Source: Alphaproteobacteria bacterium (GTDB lineage: Bacteria > Pseudomonadota > Alphaproteobacteria > MPNO01). Taken from it: a DNA stretch of 64,000 nt. Positions 9,688 through 19,748 of this stretch are shown here, one piece after another. The notes under the pieces were generated by a model. It did not search any database, was not told the origin of the DNA, and saw only the letters and a list, made by a program, of their open reading frames with translations. The translations under genes and the position numbers were made by a program. The first letter of the stretch is position 1, and each line of letters opens with the position of its first letter. The stretch spans positions 1,184,001 through 1,248,000 of the forward strand of contig OZ219866.1 in the NCBI GenBank assembly GCA_964291675.2. Direction: 5' to 3'.

Positions 9688-11625
9688 CTAGAGATTCGCC
9701 TCGCACCATGCCGCCAGCGCGACCCGGCGGAAGGCGATGCGCCGCGATCCCGCTCCTTCGAGGCGCTGCCGGCCGGTGCCCGGCGCGTCCGGGTCGATCA
9801 CGCCGTGGCGCAGCGCCGTGCTCCGCGACATCAGGTCCTCCGCCCACTCCCTGAGCGGTCCCCTGAGCCAGGAACGGACGGGCGCGCCGAACCCGTGCTT
9901 GGGCCTCTCGAACAGGGGTGGCGGGACGTGGCGGGCCAGGACCCGGCGCAATACGCGCTTGGTCTCCGCCGCATCCGTCTTCATGGCCGGCGGCAGGCGG
10001 AACGCGAATTCGACGACCCGGTGGTCCAGCACCGGCACCCTGACCTCCAGCGACTCGGCCATGCTGGCGCGGTCCACCTTGGTCAGGATGTCGTCCGGCA
10101 GGTAGCCCGACGCGTCGATGAATTGCTGGCGCTCCGACGGCGTGAGCGATTCGCATCGATCCATCCAGCCCTCGACAAGATCCACCGCGATCCTCGGTCC
10201 GGCGATCCTGCGGCCGGACAGGCCGACCCGACCGTGCGCCAGGGCGTGATGGAGCTTGCCGGGGTTGTGCATCCCGCGGGCGAGCATCTTGATGTCTCCG
10301 GCCGATAGCGGCCCCCGCGCCGACCCGTTCATTGCCGGAAGCCGGCCCAGCGCCGCCCTCAGGGAGCTGGGCAAAATCGGCACGACGCGGTGGAACAGCG
10401 CCCTGACGACCGGGTTGAAGCCCAGCGCCGGGTGGTCGAACACGCGTTCCGCCGACAGGTGACGGCCATAGCCGCCGAACAGCTCGTCCCCGCCGTCGCC
10501 CGACAGCGCGACGGTCACGTCCTGCCGCGCGAGGCGGGACAGGAGCCGGGTCGGCAGCAGCGACGGATCGGCGAACGGCTCGTCGTGATGGCCCATGATC
10601 GCCGGCCCGTGCTCGCCGATCTCGTCGGGCGTGACATAGTGTTCGCGGTGGTCGGTCCCGAGATGACGGGCGACGGCGCGGGCGTAGGGGGCCTCGTCGA
10701 AGGAGCCCTCGGAAAAGCCGATGGTGAAGGTCCTCACCGGCCCGGGGGACTGGCGCTGCATCAGCGCGACCACAGTGGACGAATCGATGCCGCCCGACAG
10801 GAGCGCGCCGAGCGGGACGTCGGAGACCATGCGCCGCTTCACCGCGTCCGACAGCAGGCGTTCGAGCTCCTCGGCCGCTTCCTCCACGCTCCCCGGGAAG
10901 CGGTCGGCGGCGCCCTGCCGCGCCGCATCGGCGAGCGTCCAGTAGGGCGCGATCTCGACCCGGTCGGGCGCATCGGCCTCCACCCGGAGGACGGTCCCCG
11001 GTTCGAGCTTGCTCACGCCGCGCCAGATGCTGTAGGGCGCCGGGATGTAGTCGAGCGCGAGAAACGCATCGATTGCGTCCCGGTCGATCGCGGCCTCGAA
11101 CCGGGGATGGGAGCGCAGCCCGGTCAGCTCCGAGGCGAAAGAGAACCGCTCGGGGCTCGCGCGGTAGTAGAGCGGCTTGATGCCGATGCGGTCGCGCACC
11201 AGCCAGAGCCGCCGGCCCGCGCGGTCCCACACCGCGAAGGCGAACATGCCGGTCAGCCGCCTGGCGGCGGTCTCCACCCCCCAGGCGGCGCAGGCTTCGA
11301 GCAGCGCCTCGGTGTCGGAGCGGCCGCGGAACCGGACGCCCCGCGCCGCCAGCTCCGCCCGCAGCTCGGCCGCGTTGTAGATCTCGCCGTTATAGGCGAT
11401 CGCGAGGCGCCCGCAGGCGGACACCATCGGCTGCGTGCCGGCCGGGGAGAGGTCGACGATCGACAGCCTGCGGTGCCCGAGGCCGACCCCCGCGGCGGCA
11501 TCCGTCCAGACGCCGTCGGCGTCGGGTCCGCGATGCGCCAGGGGGGCGGCCATCCCCCGCGCGGTCTCTTCCAGCGCCCGGGCGGATCGCACGCCGCGCT
11601 CGACGACTCCCGCGATACCGCACAC
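9688..11625 (-). CDS. asnB: Asparagine synthase (glutamine-hydrolysing)-like amidotransferase
   Basis: MCGIAG, HRGPD, NGEIYN, LSGGIDSS, SGDGGDELFGGY. Confidence 0.92.
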   Translation of the reverse strand: MCGIAGVVERGVRSARALEETARGMAAPLAHRGPDADGVWTDAAAGVGLGHRRLSIVDLSPAGTQPMVSACGRLAIAYNGEIYNAAELRAELAARGVRFRGRSDTEALLEACAAWGVETAARRLTGMFAFAVWDRAGRRLWLVRDRIGIKPLYYRASPERFSFASELTGLRSHPRFEAAIDRDAIDAFLALDYIPAPYSIWRGVSKLEPGTVLRVEADAPDRVEIAPYWTLADAARQGAADRFPGSVEEAAEELERLLSDAVKRRMVSDVPLGALLSGGIDSSTVVALMQRQSPGPVRTFTIGFSEGSFDEAPYARAVARHLGTDHREHYVTPDEIGEHGPAIMGHHDEPFADPSLLPTRLLSRLARQDVTVALSGDGGDELFGGYGRHLSAERVFDHPALGFNPVVRALFHRVVPILPSSLRAALGRLPAMNGSARGPLSAGDIKMLARGMHNPGKLHHALAHGRVGLSGRRIAGPRIAVDLVEGWMDRCESLTPSERQQFIDASGYLPDDILTKVDRASMAESLEVRVPVLDHRVVEFAFRLPPAMKTDAAETKRVLRRVLARHVPPPLFERPKHGFGAPVRSWLRGPLREWAEDLMSRSTALRHGVIDPDAPGTGRQRLEGAGSRRIAFRRVALAAWCEANL

Positions 11626-11689
11626 CCAACGCGCACCATGGTCGACCGAGCCTCAATCATAGATTGCATGTCGGCAAGACGCAACGCCG

Positions 11690-13006
11690 CTACCCCGCCA
11701 TCAGCCGCGGCAGCCAGGTGACCGCGGCGGGGACGGCCATCAGGAAGGCGAGGATGCCGATCTCCAGCACGACGAACGGCGCGACGGCGGCGTAGATCTG
11801 GCCCATCGTGGTGTCGGGCGGGGCGACGCCGCGCATGACGAAGAGCAGCATGCCGAAGGGCGGGGTGGTCTGGCCGATCTCCAGCGCCAGCAGCATCAGC
11901 ACGCCGAACCAGATCAGGTCGATGCGGATCAGCTCGGCCAGCGGGATGAAGAAGGGCAGGGTGATCAGCATGATGCTCACCGGGTCCATGAAGCAGCCCA
12001 TCAGCAGCATCAGCGCCATCATCGCGATCAGCAGGGAGAGCGGCGTCGGGTCGATCTGCTGGATCAGCGAGAGCAGCCCGGCGGTAGCGCCGGAGAACGA
12101 CAGGATCTGCGAGAAGGTGAGCGAGGCGGCGATGATGAAATAGATCATCACCGCGAGCTTCCCGGTCTCGACCATCGCGGTCCACAGGCCCTTCCAGCTC
12201 AGCGAGCGGTAGCACGCGGCGGCCAGCACGGCCCCGATCGCGCCGAGCGAGGCCGACTCGGTGGGGGTGGCGACGCCGAACAGGATGCTGCCCACGACGA
12301 CGGCGAACAGGCTGAGCAGCGGGACCACGTAGATCAGCACCGGGCGCACGCGCTGCCACAGCCCGACATCGGGCATCTCGTAGCGCGGCGCCAGCGACGG
12401 GTTGAGCCGGCAGCGGATCATCACATAGGAGAAGTGGACCGCCGCCATGATCAGCCCGGGGATGGCGCCGGCGATCAGGATGGCGGCGATCGAGATCCCC
12501 GACAGGCTGCCGAGCAGCACCGCCAGGCTCGATGGCGGGATCAGCATGGCGATCCCGCCGGTCCCCAGGATCGGACCCATCGCCATCGAGTTGTGGTAGC
12601 CGCGCCGGCGCATCTCGGGCATCAGCGTGGTGCCGAGCAGGGCGGTGTTCGCCATGCTCGAGCCGGACAGCGTCGAGAACACCGTTCCGCCCGCCACCGC
12701 CACCAGCGACAGTCGCCCCGGAACCCGTGCGATCAACTGGTCGACCGCGTCGATCGCGCGGATCGCGACCCCGGTATGGAACAGGATCTCGCCCATCAGG
12801 ATGAACATCGCGACCGGGGCGAGCGCGAAGCGCACCAGCCCGTCGACCACGTTGCGCTCGAGCTGGATCAGCCCCGCCCCGCCGCCGAGGAACAGCATCG
12901 CGCCGATGATGTTGGCGCTGAAAAAGGCGATCGCCACGGGCACGCCGAGGAACATCGGCACCAGCACCATGCCGAGCAGCAGGACCAGCGCCCAGTACCA
13001 CTCCAT
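11690..13006 (-). CDS. dctM: TRAP transporter large permease
   Basis: LSGSS, IPPS, TPPFG motifs; polytopic. Confidence 0.92.
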   Translation of the reverse strand: MEWYWALVLLLGMVLVPMFLGVPVAIAFFSANIIGAMLFLGGGAGLIQLERNVVDGLVRFALAPVAMFILMGEILFHTGVAIRAIDAVDQLIARVPGRLSLVAVAGGTVFSTLSGSSMANTALLGTTLMPEMRRRGYHNSMAMGPILGTGGIAMLIPPSSLAVLLGSLSGISIAAILIAGAIPGLIMAAVHFSYVMIRCRLNPSLAPRYEMPDVGLWQRVRPVLIYVVPLLSLFAVVVGSILFGVATPTESASLGAIGAVLAAACYRSLSWKGLWTAMVETGKLAVMIYFIIAASLTFSQILSFSGATAGLLSLIQQIDPTPLSLLIAMMALMLLMGCFMDPVSIMLITLPFFIPLAELIRIDLIWFGVLMLLALEIGQTTPPFGMLLFVMRGVAPPDTTMGQIYAAVAPFVVLEIGILAFLMAVPAAVTWLPRLMAG

Positions 13007-13009
13007 CGC

Positions 13010-13534
13010 TCAGAACGCCTCCGGCCGCTCGCCGTGCGGCGCCCCGGCGCCGGCGTCGGGGCCGAGCGAGCGGACCAGCTGGCGCACCGCCTCGACGAGG
13101 AACAGCGCCATCCCGCCCGGCACCACCGCCATCGGGATCCACTCCTTGATGTCGAAGGACTTGTAGAGCGTCGAGTCCTCGACCCAGGCGAGATGGGTGG
13201 TGACCGCGCCGAAATAGACGATGACCGCCGCCGCGGCGACGATCACCAGGTTGATGCCGATCCTGAACCGCCAGTAGAGCCGCGGCGGCAGGGCGCCGAG
13301 CACGAGGTCGACGGTGACATGGCGCCCGATGCTGAGGATGTAGGCCGCGCCCACCATGGTGAGGGTGAGCAGCCCATACTCGACCGCCTCCAGCATCCAG
13401 TAGAAGCCGGACAGGCCGAGATTGCGCGCCGCCACCTCGGCCGCGACGCCGACCGCCAGCAGGGCCACGATCACCCCCGGCAGCACCCCGGTGAAGGCGA
13501 GCAGCCGGTCAAACAGACCGCCGGTTTTCCACAT
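13010..13534 (-). CDS. dctQ: TRAP transporter small permease
   Basis: 4 TM segments, HVTVDL; between dctP and dctM. Confidence 0.88.
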   Translation of the reverse strand: MWKTGGLFDRLLAFTGVLPGVIVALLAVGVAAEVAARNLGLSGFYWMLEAVEYGLLTLTMVGAAYILSIGRHVTVDLVLGALPPRLYWRFRIGINLVIVAAAAVIVYFGAVTTHLAWVEDSTLYKSFDIKEWIPMAVVPGGMALFLVEAVRQLVRSLGPDAGAGAPHGERPEAF

Positions 13535-13601
13535 CCGACCGCCCCAGCGCCATGGGCGGCGGGGCGCGCGGGCGCATGCCCGCGCCCCGCCCCGCGCCGC
13601 G

Positions 13602-14579
13602 CTACTTGCCGATCAGGGCGCGCAGCTTCTTGCCGACCACGGGATCGCGCTTCTCCACCACGTCCCATTGCGCGGTGTAGGCGAGATCGAGGAATTTCTG
13701 CGAGTCGGCATCCGACAGCTTGAGCAGCTTCATGCCCTTCTCGCTGACCAGCCGGTCGCCGATCGCCCGGTCCTTGCGGCCGAGATCGGCGGAGAGCTCG
13801 GTCTCGAGATAGAGGCCCGTCCTGGTCAGCACGTCCTGCTGCCTGGCGTCGAGCTTCTTCCATTTGCCGATATTGACGCCGACCACGATGATCGGATGGT
13901 AGAAGCCGGGCACCAGCTTGTACTTCGAGACCTCGAACCAGCCCTGCGACATCACCTCGCTGTCGAGGTTGGCATAGGCTTCGACCGCGCCGCGCTCCAT
14001 GGCGGTGAAGATCTCGCGCCTCGGCATGTTGAGGGTCCGCGCACCGAGCGCGTCGAAGAACGCCTTGTAGGTGTTCGACGTGCGCATCTTGAGGCCCTTG
14101 AAGTCGGCCAGCGACTTGATCTCGGTGTTGGTGTAGATGTGGAACACGATGTCGCCGCCATACATCGACAACAGGTGCATGTTGGCCTGCTTGGCGAACA
14201 GCTCCCTGAAGATGTCCCAGGCGCCGTTCTCGCGCATCTCGGGCGCCGACTTGGTGGTCGGGGTGAACCCGGTCGCGAGCTTGACCAGGTTCGCCATATA
14301 GGCGGGCGGCGTGCCCGCGAGGTCGAGCAGCCCGGTCTTGACCGCGTTGCCGAGCTGGCGCGACGGGATCGCCTCCGGCCCCACGACCTGGCCGATCTGG
14401 ATCGCCCCCTTGCCGTCGGCGTTGACCTTGGCGACGAACGAGTCGAAGGCCTGCCGGGTGAGCGACTGCTTGTTGCTGATGAAATAGCCGGCCTTGAGGC
14501 TGACTTCGGCGGCGGCGACGCCGGTGGCGACGCATAGCGCGCCGGCGGCCATCGCCGCGGCGGCGAGCGATACTCTCAT
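13602..14579 (-). CDS. dctP: TRAP transporter substrate-binding protein
   Basis: Signal peptide; DFKGLKMR, EIFTAMERG. Confidence 0.9.
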   Translation of the reverse strand: MRVSLAAAAMAAGALCVATGVAAAEVSLKAGYFISNKQSLTRQAFDSFVAKVNADGKGAIQIGQVVGPEAIPSRQLGNAVKTGLLDLAGTPPAYMANLVKLATGFTPTTKSAPEMRENGAWDIFRELFAKQANMHLLSMYGGDIVFHIYTNTEIKSLADFKGLKMRTSNTYKAFFDALGARTLNMPRREIFTAMERGAVEAYANLDSEVMSQGWFEVSKYKLVPGFYHPIIVVGVNIGKWKKLDARQQDVLTRTGLYLETELSADLGRKDRAIGDRLVSEKGMKLLKLSDADSQKFLDLAYTAQWDVVEKRDPVVGKKLRALIGK

Positions 14580-14757
14580 CGGCTTCCTCCCTCGGGATAT
14601 TCGACTGCCACCGCGAGACGGTGCCCGACGCCGGACTCGGTGTCAATCGAACCCGCCCGCCCTCGCCTTCGCATTTGGCGTGGCACCGCTCGGGCTCTCA
14701 TGTCAATATGCCGCGCTTCTTGCGCCCACCAAGTCTTCGAACGGGGAGAATTGCCGT

Positions 14758-15411
14758 ATGCTCAGATTTTCAGAAGAAATTATGCTTCTATTGTTGAGCG
14801 ACAACGGTGGGAAGTTTGTCGACGTGCCGGCGGCTTCGCTCGATTGCGCCCTCGCCGGCGCGGTCCTGATGGATCTGGCCCTGGAAAACCGGATCGACAC
14901 CGATCCGCAGCGCCTGTTCGTGGTCGATCCGACGCCGCTCGGCGACGATCTGCTCGATCCGACGCTCGCGCGCATCGTTGCGTCCGGCGAGACCCACGAC
15001 ACCGCCCAATGGATCAGGGCGACCACCGACCAGGCCGACGCGATCCACGACCGTTCCCTCGACCGGCTGGTCGAGCGCGGCATCTTGCGGCGCGAGGACG
15101 ACCGCTTCATGTGGGTGTTCAAGTCGCGCCGCTACCCGGTGATCGACGACCAGACCATCCGCGAGGTCAAGCTCCGCCTCATGGGCGTCCTGTTCAGCGA
15201 CGACATCCCCGACGCGCGCGACATATTGCTTATCTCCCTTTCCGACGTTTGCGGCATTTTCGCAAGCCTGCTATCCAGCTCCGAGCTGGATGCGGCCGCC
15301 GAGCGTATCGGCCAGGTCCGCAAGCTGGATCTGCTGGGCCGCGAGGTCACCAGCGCGGTACGGGAGATCGAGGCCTCCCTCGCCATGGCGGTGGCGATGC
15401 CGATGCATTGA
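14758..15411 (+). CDS. GOLPH3/Vps74 (GPP34) family protein
   Basis: EEIMLLLL, LAGAVLMDLAL..RI, LVERGIL, RYP motifs; GGAG RBS. Confidence 0.8.
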   Translation: MLRFSEEIMLLLLSDNGGKFVDVPAASLDCALAGAVLMDLALENRIDTDPQRLFVVDPTPLGDDLLDPTLARIVASGETHDTAQWIRATTDQADAIHDRSLDRLVERGILRREDDRFMWVFKSRRYPVIDDQTIREVKLRLMGVLFSDDIPDARDILLISLSDVCGIFASLLSSSELDAAAERIGQVRKLDLLGREVTSAVREIEASLAMAVAMPMH

Positions 15412-15545
15412 GGCGCAACGGCGCGGCCGCGCGCGGACCGGCCGCGCCGTCCGACCGAACCCGATGCCATCGCCCGGGAACGGGCCCGGCACCGTAGCGA
15501 AAAAAAGGTGGTATACACACCGCACGCAGCTTGGAGACGAAGACC

Positions 15546-15884
15546 ATGGATGTGACGACGGAACGTCAGGAGGGCGTCTTGACCGCCCAGGTGGGCGGGC
15601 GTATCGACGGCTCGAACGTCGCCCAGTTCGAGGAGGCGATCCGGACGGCGATCGACGAGACCGACCGCGCCGTGCTGATCGACTGCGAGAATCTCGGCTA
15701 TATCAGCAGTGCCGGGCTTCGCGCCGTGCTGATGACCGCCAAGACCCTGTCGAGCCGGAACGCCAAGTTCGCGCTGTGCTCCATGTCCGATCCGATCCGC
15801 GAAGTCTTCCAGATCAGCGGTTTCGACAAGATCGTCGCGATCCACGCCTCGCGCGCGGAAGCGCTCGCCTCCTTCGACTCCTGA
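15546..15884 (+). CDS. STAS-domain anti-sigma factor antagonist
   Basis: GRID, YISSAGLR, VFQISGF. Confidence 0.9.
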   Translation: MDVTTERQEGVLTAQVGGRIDGSNVAQFEEAIRTAIDETDRAVLIDCENLGYISSAGLRAVLMTAKTLSSRNAKFALCSMSDPIREVFQISGFDKIVAIHASRAEALASFDS

Positions 15885-15901
15885 GAACGCGGCCCCGCCG
15901 C

Positions 15902-16888
15902 TTACCCGGCAGACCCGGGCCGCGTCGACGTGGAGGCCCGGATGAACCGGGCGGCGGTGCCGACATACCAGGGCAGCCGGCCGCCCCTGCCGTGAAACCC
16001 GACATGGCCGCCGCCCCGGGTGACGACGATTTCCAGCGGCGGCCGCGCGGCGAGGACGGGCGGCGGCACCCAGGGATCGTCGTCCGCGTGCAGCACCAGC
16101 GTCGGCACGCGGAGCGCGCCGATCGTGCGGCCCGGCGAGCAGCGCGCGTAGTACGCCGCCGCATCGCGGAACCCCGCTTCGCCCGCGGTGAACGCATCGT
16201 CGAACTCGCGGATGTGGCGCGCGCCGAGCAGGGCGCTCCGCACGTCGGGCGGCGCGTGGCGCCACACCGGCTCCGATTCCTCGCGCAGGCGCGCCAGCAG
16301 CCATCTCTCGTATAGACGGTTGCGCGGCCGGGCGATGCGGTCCGCGGTCGCCGCGAGGTCGACCGGTGCCGAGACCGCGACCACCGCCCTGACCGCCGGC
16401 GGCAGGCCGGGCGAAGCGGCGAGGCGGAGCGCGAGCGCGCCGCCGAGCGAATACCCGAGGATGGCGATGCCGCGTTCGCGGATGCCGGCGTCGAGCCCGG
16501 CGACCGCGCGGCAGGCATCGGCGAGGTCGCCCACCCTGTCCATGTGGTAGTGGCCGCGCGCGAGCGACCGGCCGGGCGCCGAGCCCCTGAGGTTGAGCCG
16601 CACCACCGCGGCGCCGGCGGCGAGAAACGCGCCCGCCGCTTGCAGAACGTGCCGGCTCCCCTCGCAGCCGGTCAGCCCGGGCACCAGCACGACCGCCGGC
16701 GCCGGCTCGCGCGCCGCGTGGTAGCGGGCGACCAGCCGGTCGCCGCTGCCGTCGCCGAGCGCGATCTCGAAACGCTCGCCCGAGCCCGGCGGGATCCCGG
16801 CCAGCCGGAAGGGCAGCACGTTGCGCACCGTCTGGAGGTCGGCGCCGAGCCAGGGCCAGCGCCGGCGGAAGGGGGGATCGGACGTCAT
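15902..16888 (-). CDS. YheT-like alpha/beta hydrolase
   Basis: GYSLGG, ADDDP, GGHVGF triad motifs. Confidence 0.85.
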   Translation of the reverse strand: MTSDPPFRRRWPWLGADLQTVRNVLPFRLAGIPPGSGERFEIALGDGSGDRLVARYHAAREPAPAVVLVPGLTGCEGSRHVLQAAGAFLAAGAAVVRLNLRGSAPGRSLARGHYHMDRVGDLADACRAVAGLDAGIRERGIAILGYSLGGALALRLAASPGLPPAVRAVVAVSAPVDLAATADRIARPRNRLYERWLLARLREESEPVWRHAPPDVRSALLGARHIREFDDAFTAGEAGFRDAAAYYARCSPGRTIGALRVPTLVLHADDDPWVPPPVLAARPPLEIVVTRGGGHVGFHGRGGRLPWYVGTAARFIRASTSTRPGSAG

Positions 16889-17070
16889 CGCCCGTCAGAA
16901 ACGCAGCCGGCGCGACTTCGCGCAAGCCCGGCGCGGCCGCGCGTCCGTGGATACGCCCGCCTGTCCTGCCGGACCCGTTCCGGGCCGGCGGCGATGTCCC
17001 GCCTCCGCCGCGCCACGCCCGGGTCCGGACGATATGACGGCGGTCGGGCCGGATGCGCTATAACCCGGGC

Positions 17071-17763
17071 ATGTGCGGCCGCTTCACCCAGCGCTTTTCC
17101 TGGCGCGAGCTCCACGAGCTCCTGGACCTCGCCGGCCCGGCCGCCAATCTCCGGCCGCGCTACAACGTGGCGCCCGGCCAGGCCGTCGCGGCGGTACGCG
17201 AGGACGGCGGCGCGCGCCGTCTCGCGATGCTGCGCTGGGGCCTGATCCCGGCATGGGCCAGGGACGCCAGGATCGCCTACAGGCTGATCAACGCCCGGTC
17301 GGAGACGGCGGGCGAGAAGCCGTCCTTCCGCGCCGCGATGCGCGCGCGCCGCTGCCTGATACCGGCCGACGGCTTCTACGAATGGACGCGGCGCGGCAAG
17401 ATCCGCCAGCCTTGGCTGATCGCGAGGGAGGACGGCACCCCGTTCGTCTTCGCCGGGCTGTGGGAGCGCTGGACGGTGCCGCGCGGCGCCGGTCTCACGG
17501 GCTCGCTCGCGGAGCTCCGGCCGGGCGAGGAGGTCGAGACCTGCACGATCCTGACCGCCGCCGCGAACCGGGCGCTGGCCCCGCTCCACCCCCGCATGCC
17601 GGCGATCCTGGCGCCGGACTCCTTCGATCCGTGGCTGCGCGGCGAGGCGGTGCCGCTCGGCCCCTGCCCGTCCGACGGCATCGTCTTCCACCCGGTGAGC
17701 ACGCTGGTCAACAAGCCCGCCAACGACGACCCGCGCTGCATCGAGCCGGTCGCGCTGCCCTGA
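17071..17763 (+). CDS. SOS response-associated peptidase (SRAP/YedK) family protein
   Basis: MCGRF N-terminus, INARSET, GFYEW, HPRMP. Confidence 0.92.
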   Translation: MCGRFTQRFSWRELHELLDLAGPAANLRPRYNVAPGQAVAAVREDGGARRLAMLRWGLIPAWARDARIAYRLINARSETAGEKPSFRAAMRARRCLIPADGFYEWTRRGKIRQPWLIAREDGTPFVFAGLWERWTVPRGAGLTGSLAELRPGEEVETCTILTAAANRALAPLHPRMPAILAPDSFDPWLRGEAVPLGPCPSDGIVFHPVSTLVNKPANDDPRCIEPVALP

Positions 17764-17784
17764 GTCCCGGCGCGGCGGGGCGGG

Positions 17785-18246
17785 TCAGGGCCGGTATTTC
17801 TCCGGCGGCTGGGGGTTGTTCGCCGGGTCGGTGTCGTGCCGGGCGATGCGCCTGACCGCCGGGCCGCCGGCGAGCGGCTTGAGCGCCGCCTCCAGCGCGT
17901 CGGCCCGCTCGCGGTCGTAGACCTCCTCGCCGGCGACGCGGAGCGAGAACGAGCGCAAATATCTCGCCTTCTTGGCGGGGTTCTCGACGGTCGCCCTGGT
18001 CCAGGCATAGAGCGGGTACGAGGCGATCCCGAGCCGCTCCGCCTCGGCGCAATAGCCGGCGAAGGCATCGTACTGGCAGACCAGGCTCGCCTCGTGGCGC
18101 GCGAGTATCGCCCGGACCGGTTCGAGGTCTGGGTCGGCGTCCCCGCGGCGCGCCGCCTCGGCGGCTCCGTCCGCCAGCTCGACGCGGATCTGGTACAGCC
18201 ATTGCCGCGCGCCCCCGGCGCCGGCCTCGCGGCCCGGCTCGACCAC
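17785..18246 (-). CDS. Hypothetical protein
   Basis: Plausible globular ORF filling the gap (CQYDAFAGY, DTDPANNPQPP); no family recognised. Confidence 0.65.
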   Translation of the reverse strand: MVEPGREAGAGGARQWLYQIRVELADGAAEAARRGDADPDLEPVRAILARHEASLVCQYDAFAGYCAEAERLGIASYPLYAWTRATVENPAKKARYLRSFSLRVAGEEVYDRERADALEAALKPLAGGPAVRRIARHDTDPANNPQPPEKYRP

Positions 18247-18365
18247 TCGACGGTCCTCCCCGCGTTGCCGATCCCGGCCGCCGCCGTCCGGCGATGGCGG
18301 CGACCGCGTGCGTCATGTTACATCATCGCCCGCCCGCCGCACCCCGCCCGGAAGGAATGCCGCCG

Positions 18366-19253
18366 ATGACCCGCATCGACATCCAGTTCTCCCTGTTCTC
18401 CGCCTTCTATTCGCCGCTGATCGCGACCATGGCCGGCGGCTTCCTGGCCGAGGAGGGGCTGGAGCCCGCCTGGTCGGTTGCCGAGCCCGGGGTGTCCGCC
18501 ATCGCGGCGCTGAAGGACGGCTCGGCGCATGTCGTGCAGTCGGCGCCGAGCCAGGCCTTCGGGCCGCTGTCCCGGGGCGAGGACCCGGGCGCGGTCCATT
18601 TCGCCCAGATCAACGAGACCGACGGGTTCTTCCTGACCGGGCGCGAGCCGGACCCGGCGTTCGACTGGCGCAATCTCGAAGGCGCCGAGGTGGTGCTGTT
18701 CGGCGGCGGCCAGCCGCTCGCCATGTTCAAATACGCCTGCCACAGGGCGGGCATCGACTACGCGCGCATCGAGGCGGTCCACCCCGGCAACGCCGCCGAG
18801 ATCGACCGCGCCTTCCGCGACGGCCACGGCGCCTATGTCCAGCAGCAGGGCCCGTTCCCGCAGCAGCTCGAAGCCGACGGGGTGGGCCATGTCGTGGCCG
18901 AAGTCGGCCGGCAGGTCGGCGCCTGCGCCTTTTCCAGCCTGTGCGCCCGCCCGGACTGGCTGGAGACCGACATGGCGCGGGCCTTCACCCGCGCCTATCG
19001 CCGGGCCCGCGCCTGGCTCAACGAGACGCCGGCGGCCGGGATCGCCCGCGCGGAAAAGCCCTATTTCCCGGAGATCGACCCGGCGGTGCTGGAGCGCTGC
19101 GTCGCGACCTACCAGCGCCTCGGCTGCTGGACGCCGCATATCGAGATCACCCCGGCGGCGTTCGAGGCGACGCTGGACATCTTCGCCCATAACGGCCTGA
19201 TCGACACCCGCTTCCCCTACGACCGGGTCTGCGCCGCACCGCCCCGGGGGTAG
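18366..19253 (+). CDS. NMT1/THI5-like ABC substrate-binding protein (no evident signal peptide)
   Basis: FSAFYSPL..GGFLAEEGL N-terminus typical of the family. Confidence 0.75.
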   Translation: MTRIDIQFSLFSAFYSPLIATMAGGFLAEEGLEPAWSVAEPGVSAIAALKDGSAHVVQSAPSQAFGPLSRGEDPGAVHFAQINETDGFFLTGREPDPAFDWRNLEGAEVVLFGGGQPLAMFKYACHRAGIDYARIEAVHPGNAAEIDRAFRDGHGAYVQQQGPFPQQLEADGVGHVVAEVGRQVGACAFSSLCARPDWLETDMARAFTRAYRRARAWLNETPAAGIARAEKPYFPEIDPAVLERCVATYQRLGCWTPHIEITPAAFEATLDIFAHNGLIDTRFPYDRVCAAPPRG

Positions 19254-19308
19254 CGCCCCGGCTCCGAAGCGGCGGGCCTGCGACGCCGTGTCACGTTACC
19301 CGCCGCGC

Positions 19309-19517
19309 CCGGACTTGTTCCACTGCCGTCCGGTTTGGAATCTCGGGCTGGGCTTCGCGCCGATGGGTGACAACGGGGGTTATGGATGGCCGGTGCGGGC
19401 GTGCGGCGTTCCGTGTGCCGATCCGGGCGATGCGCCGGGACCCCGCCCGTACCAGGGCGTTGCGCCCCGTCCAACTCGCTCGAACCGGGCAGCAGTGGAA
19501 CGCGTCCGGCCATGACG
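19309..19517. repeat. ~200-bp REP/MITE-like element with 27-bp imperfect inverted repeats
   Basis: CCGGACTTGTTCCACTGCCGTCCGGTT (19309-19335) vs AACCGGGCAGCAGTGGAACGCGTCCGG (19483-19509); resembles the 57409 element. Confidence 0.6.
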
Positions 19518-19748
19518 GGGGCGGGGGCACCGGGCGCAAGCACACGAACAATTGAAACGGAACGCCGGACCCTCCGTCCCCGCCGCGGCCTGGCGATCTT
19601 GAAGCGGCGGCGGAACCGCCGATATCGGAGCGGTTCGTTCGTTCACCGCATGCGTACAGTGCCGCGATTCCCGGGTCCCAGAGTTCGACGCCCGTCCAGC
19701 GCAGCGCCGCCGCCCGTTCCCGGGGCCGTCTCCGCCCGCCCGGGCGGG

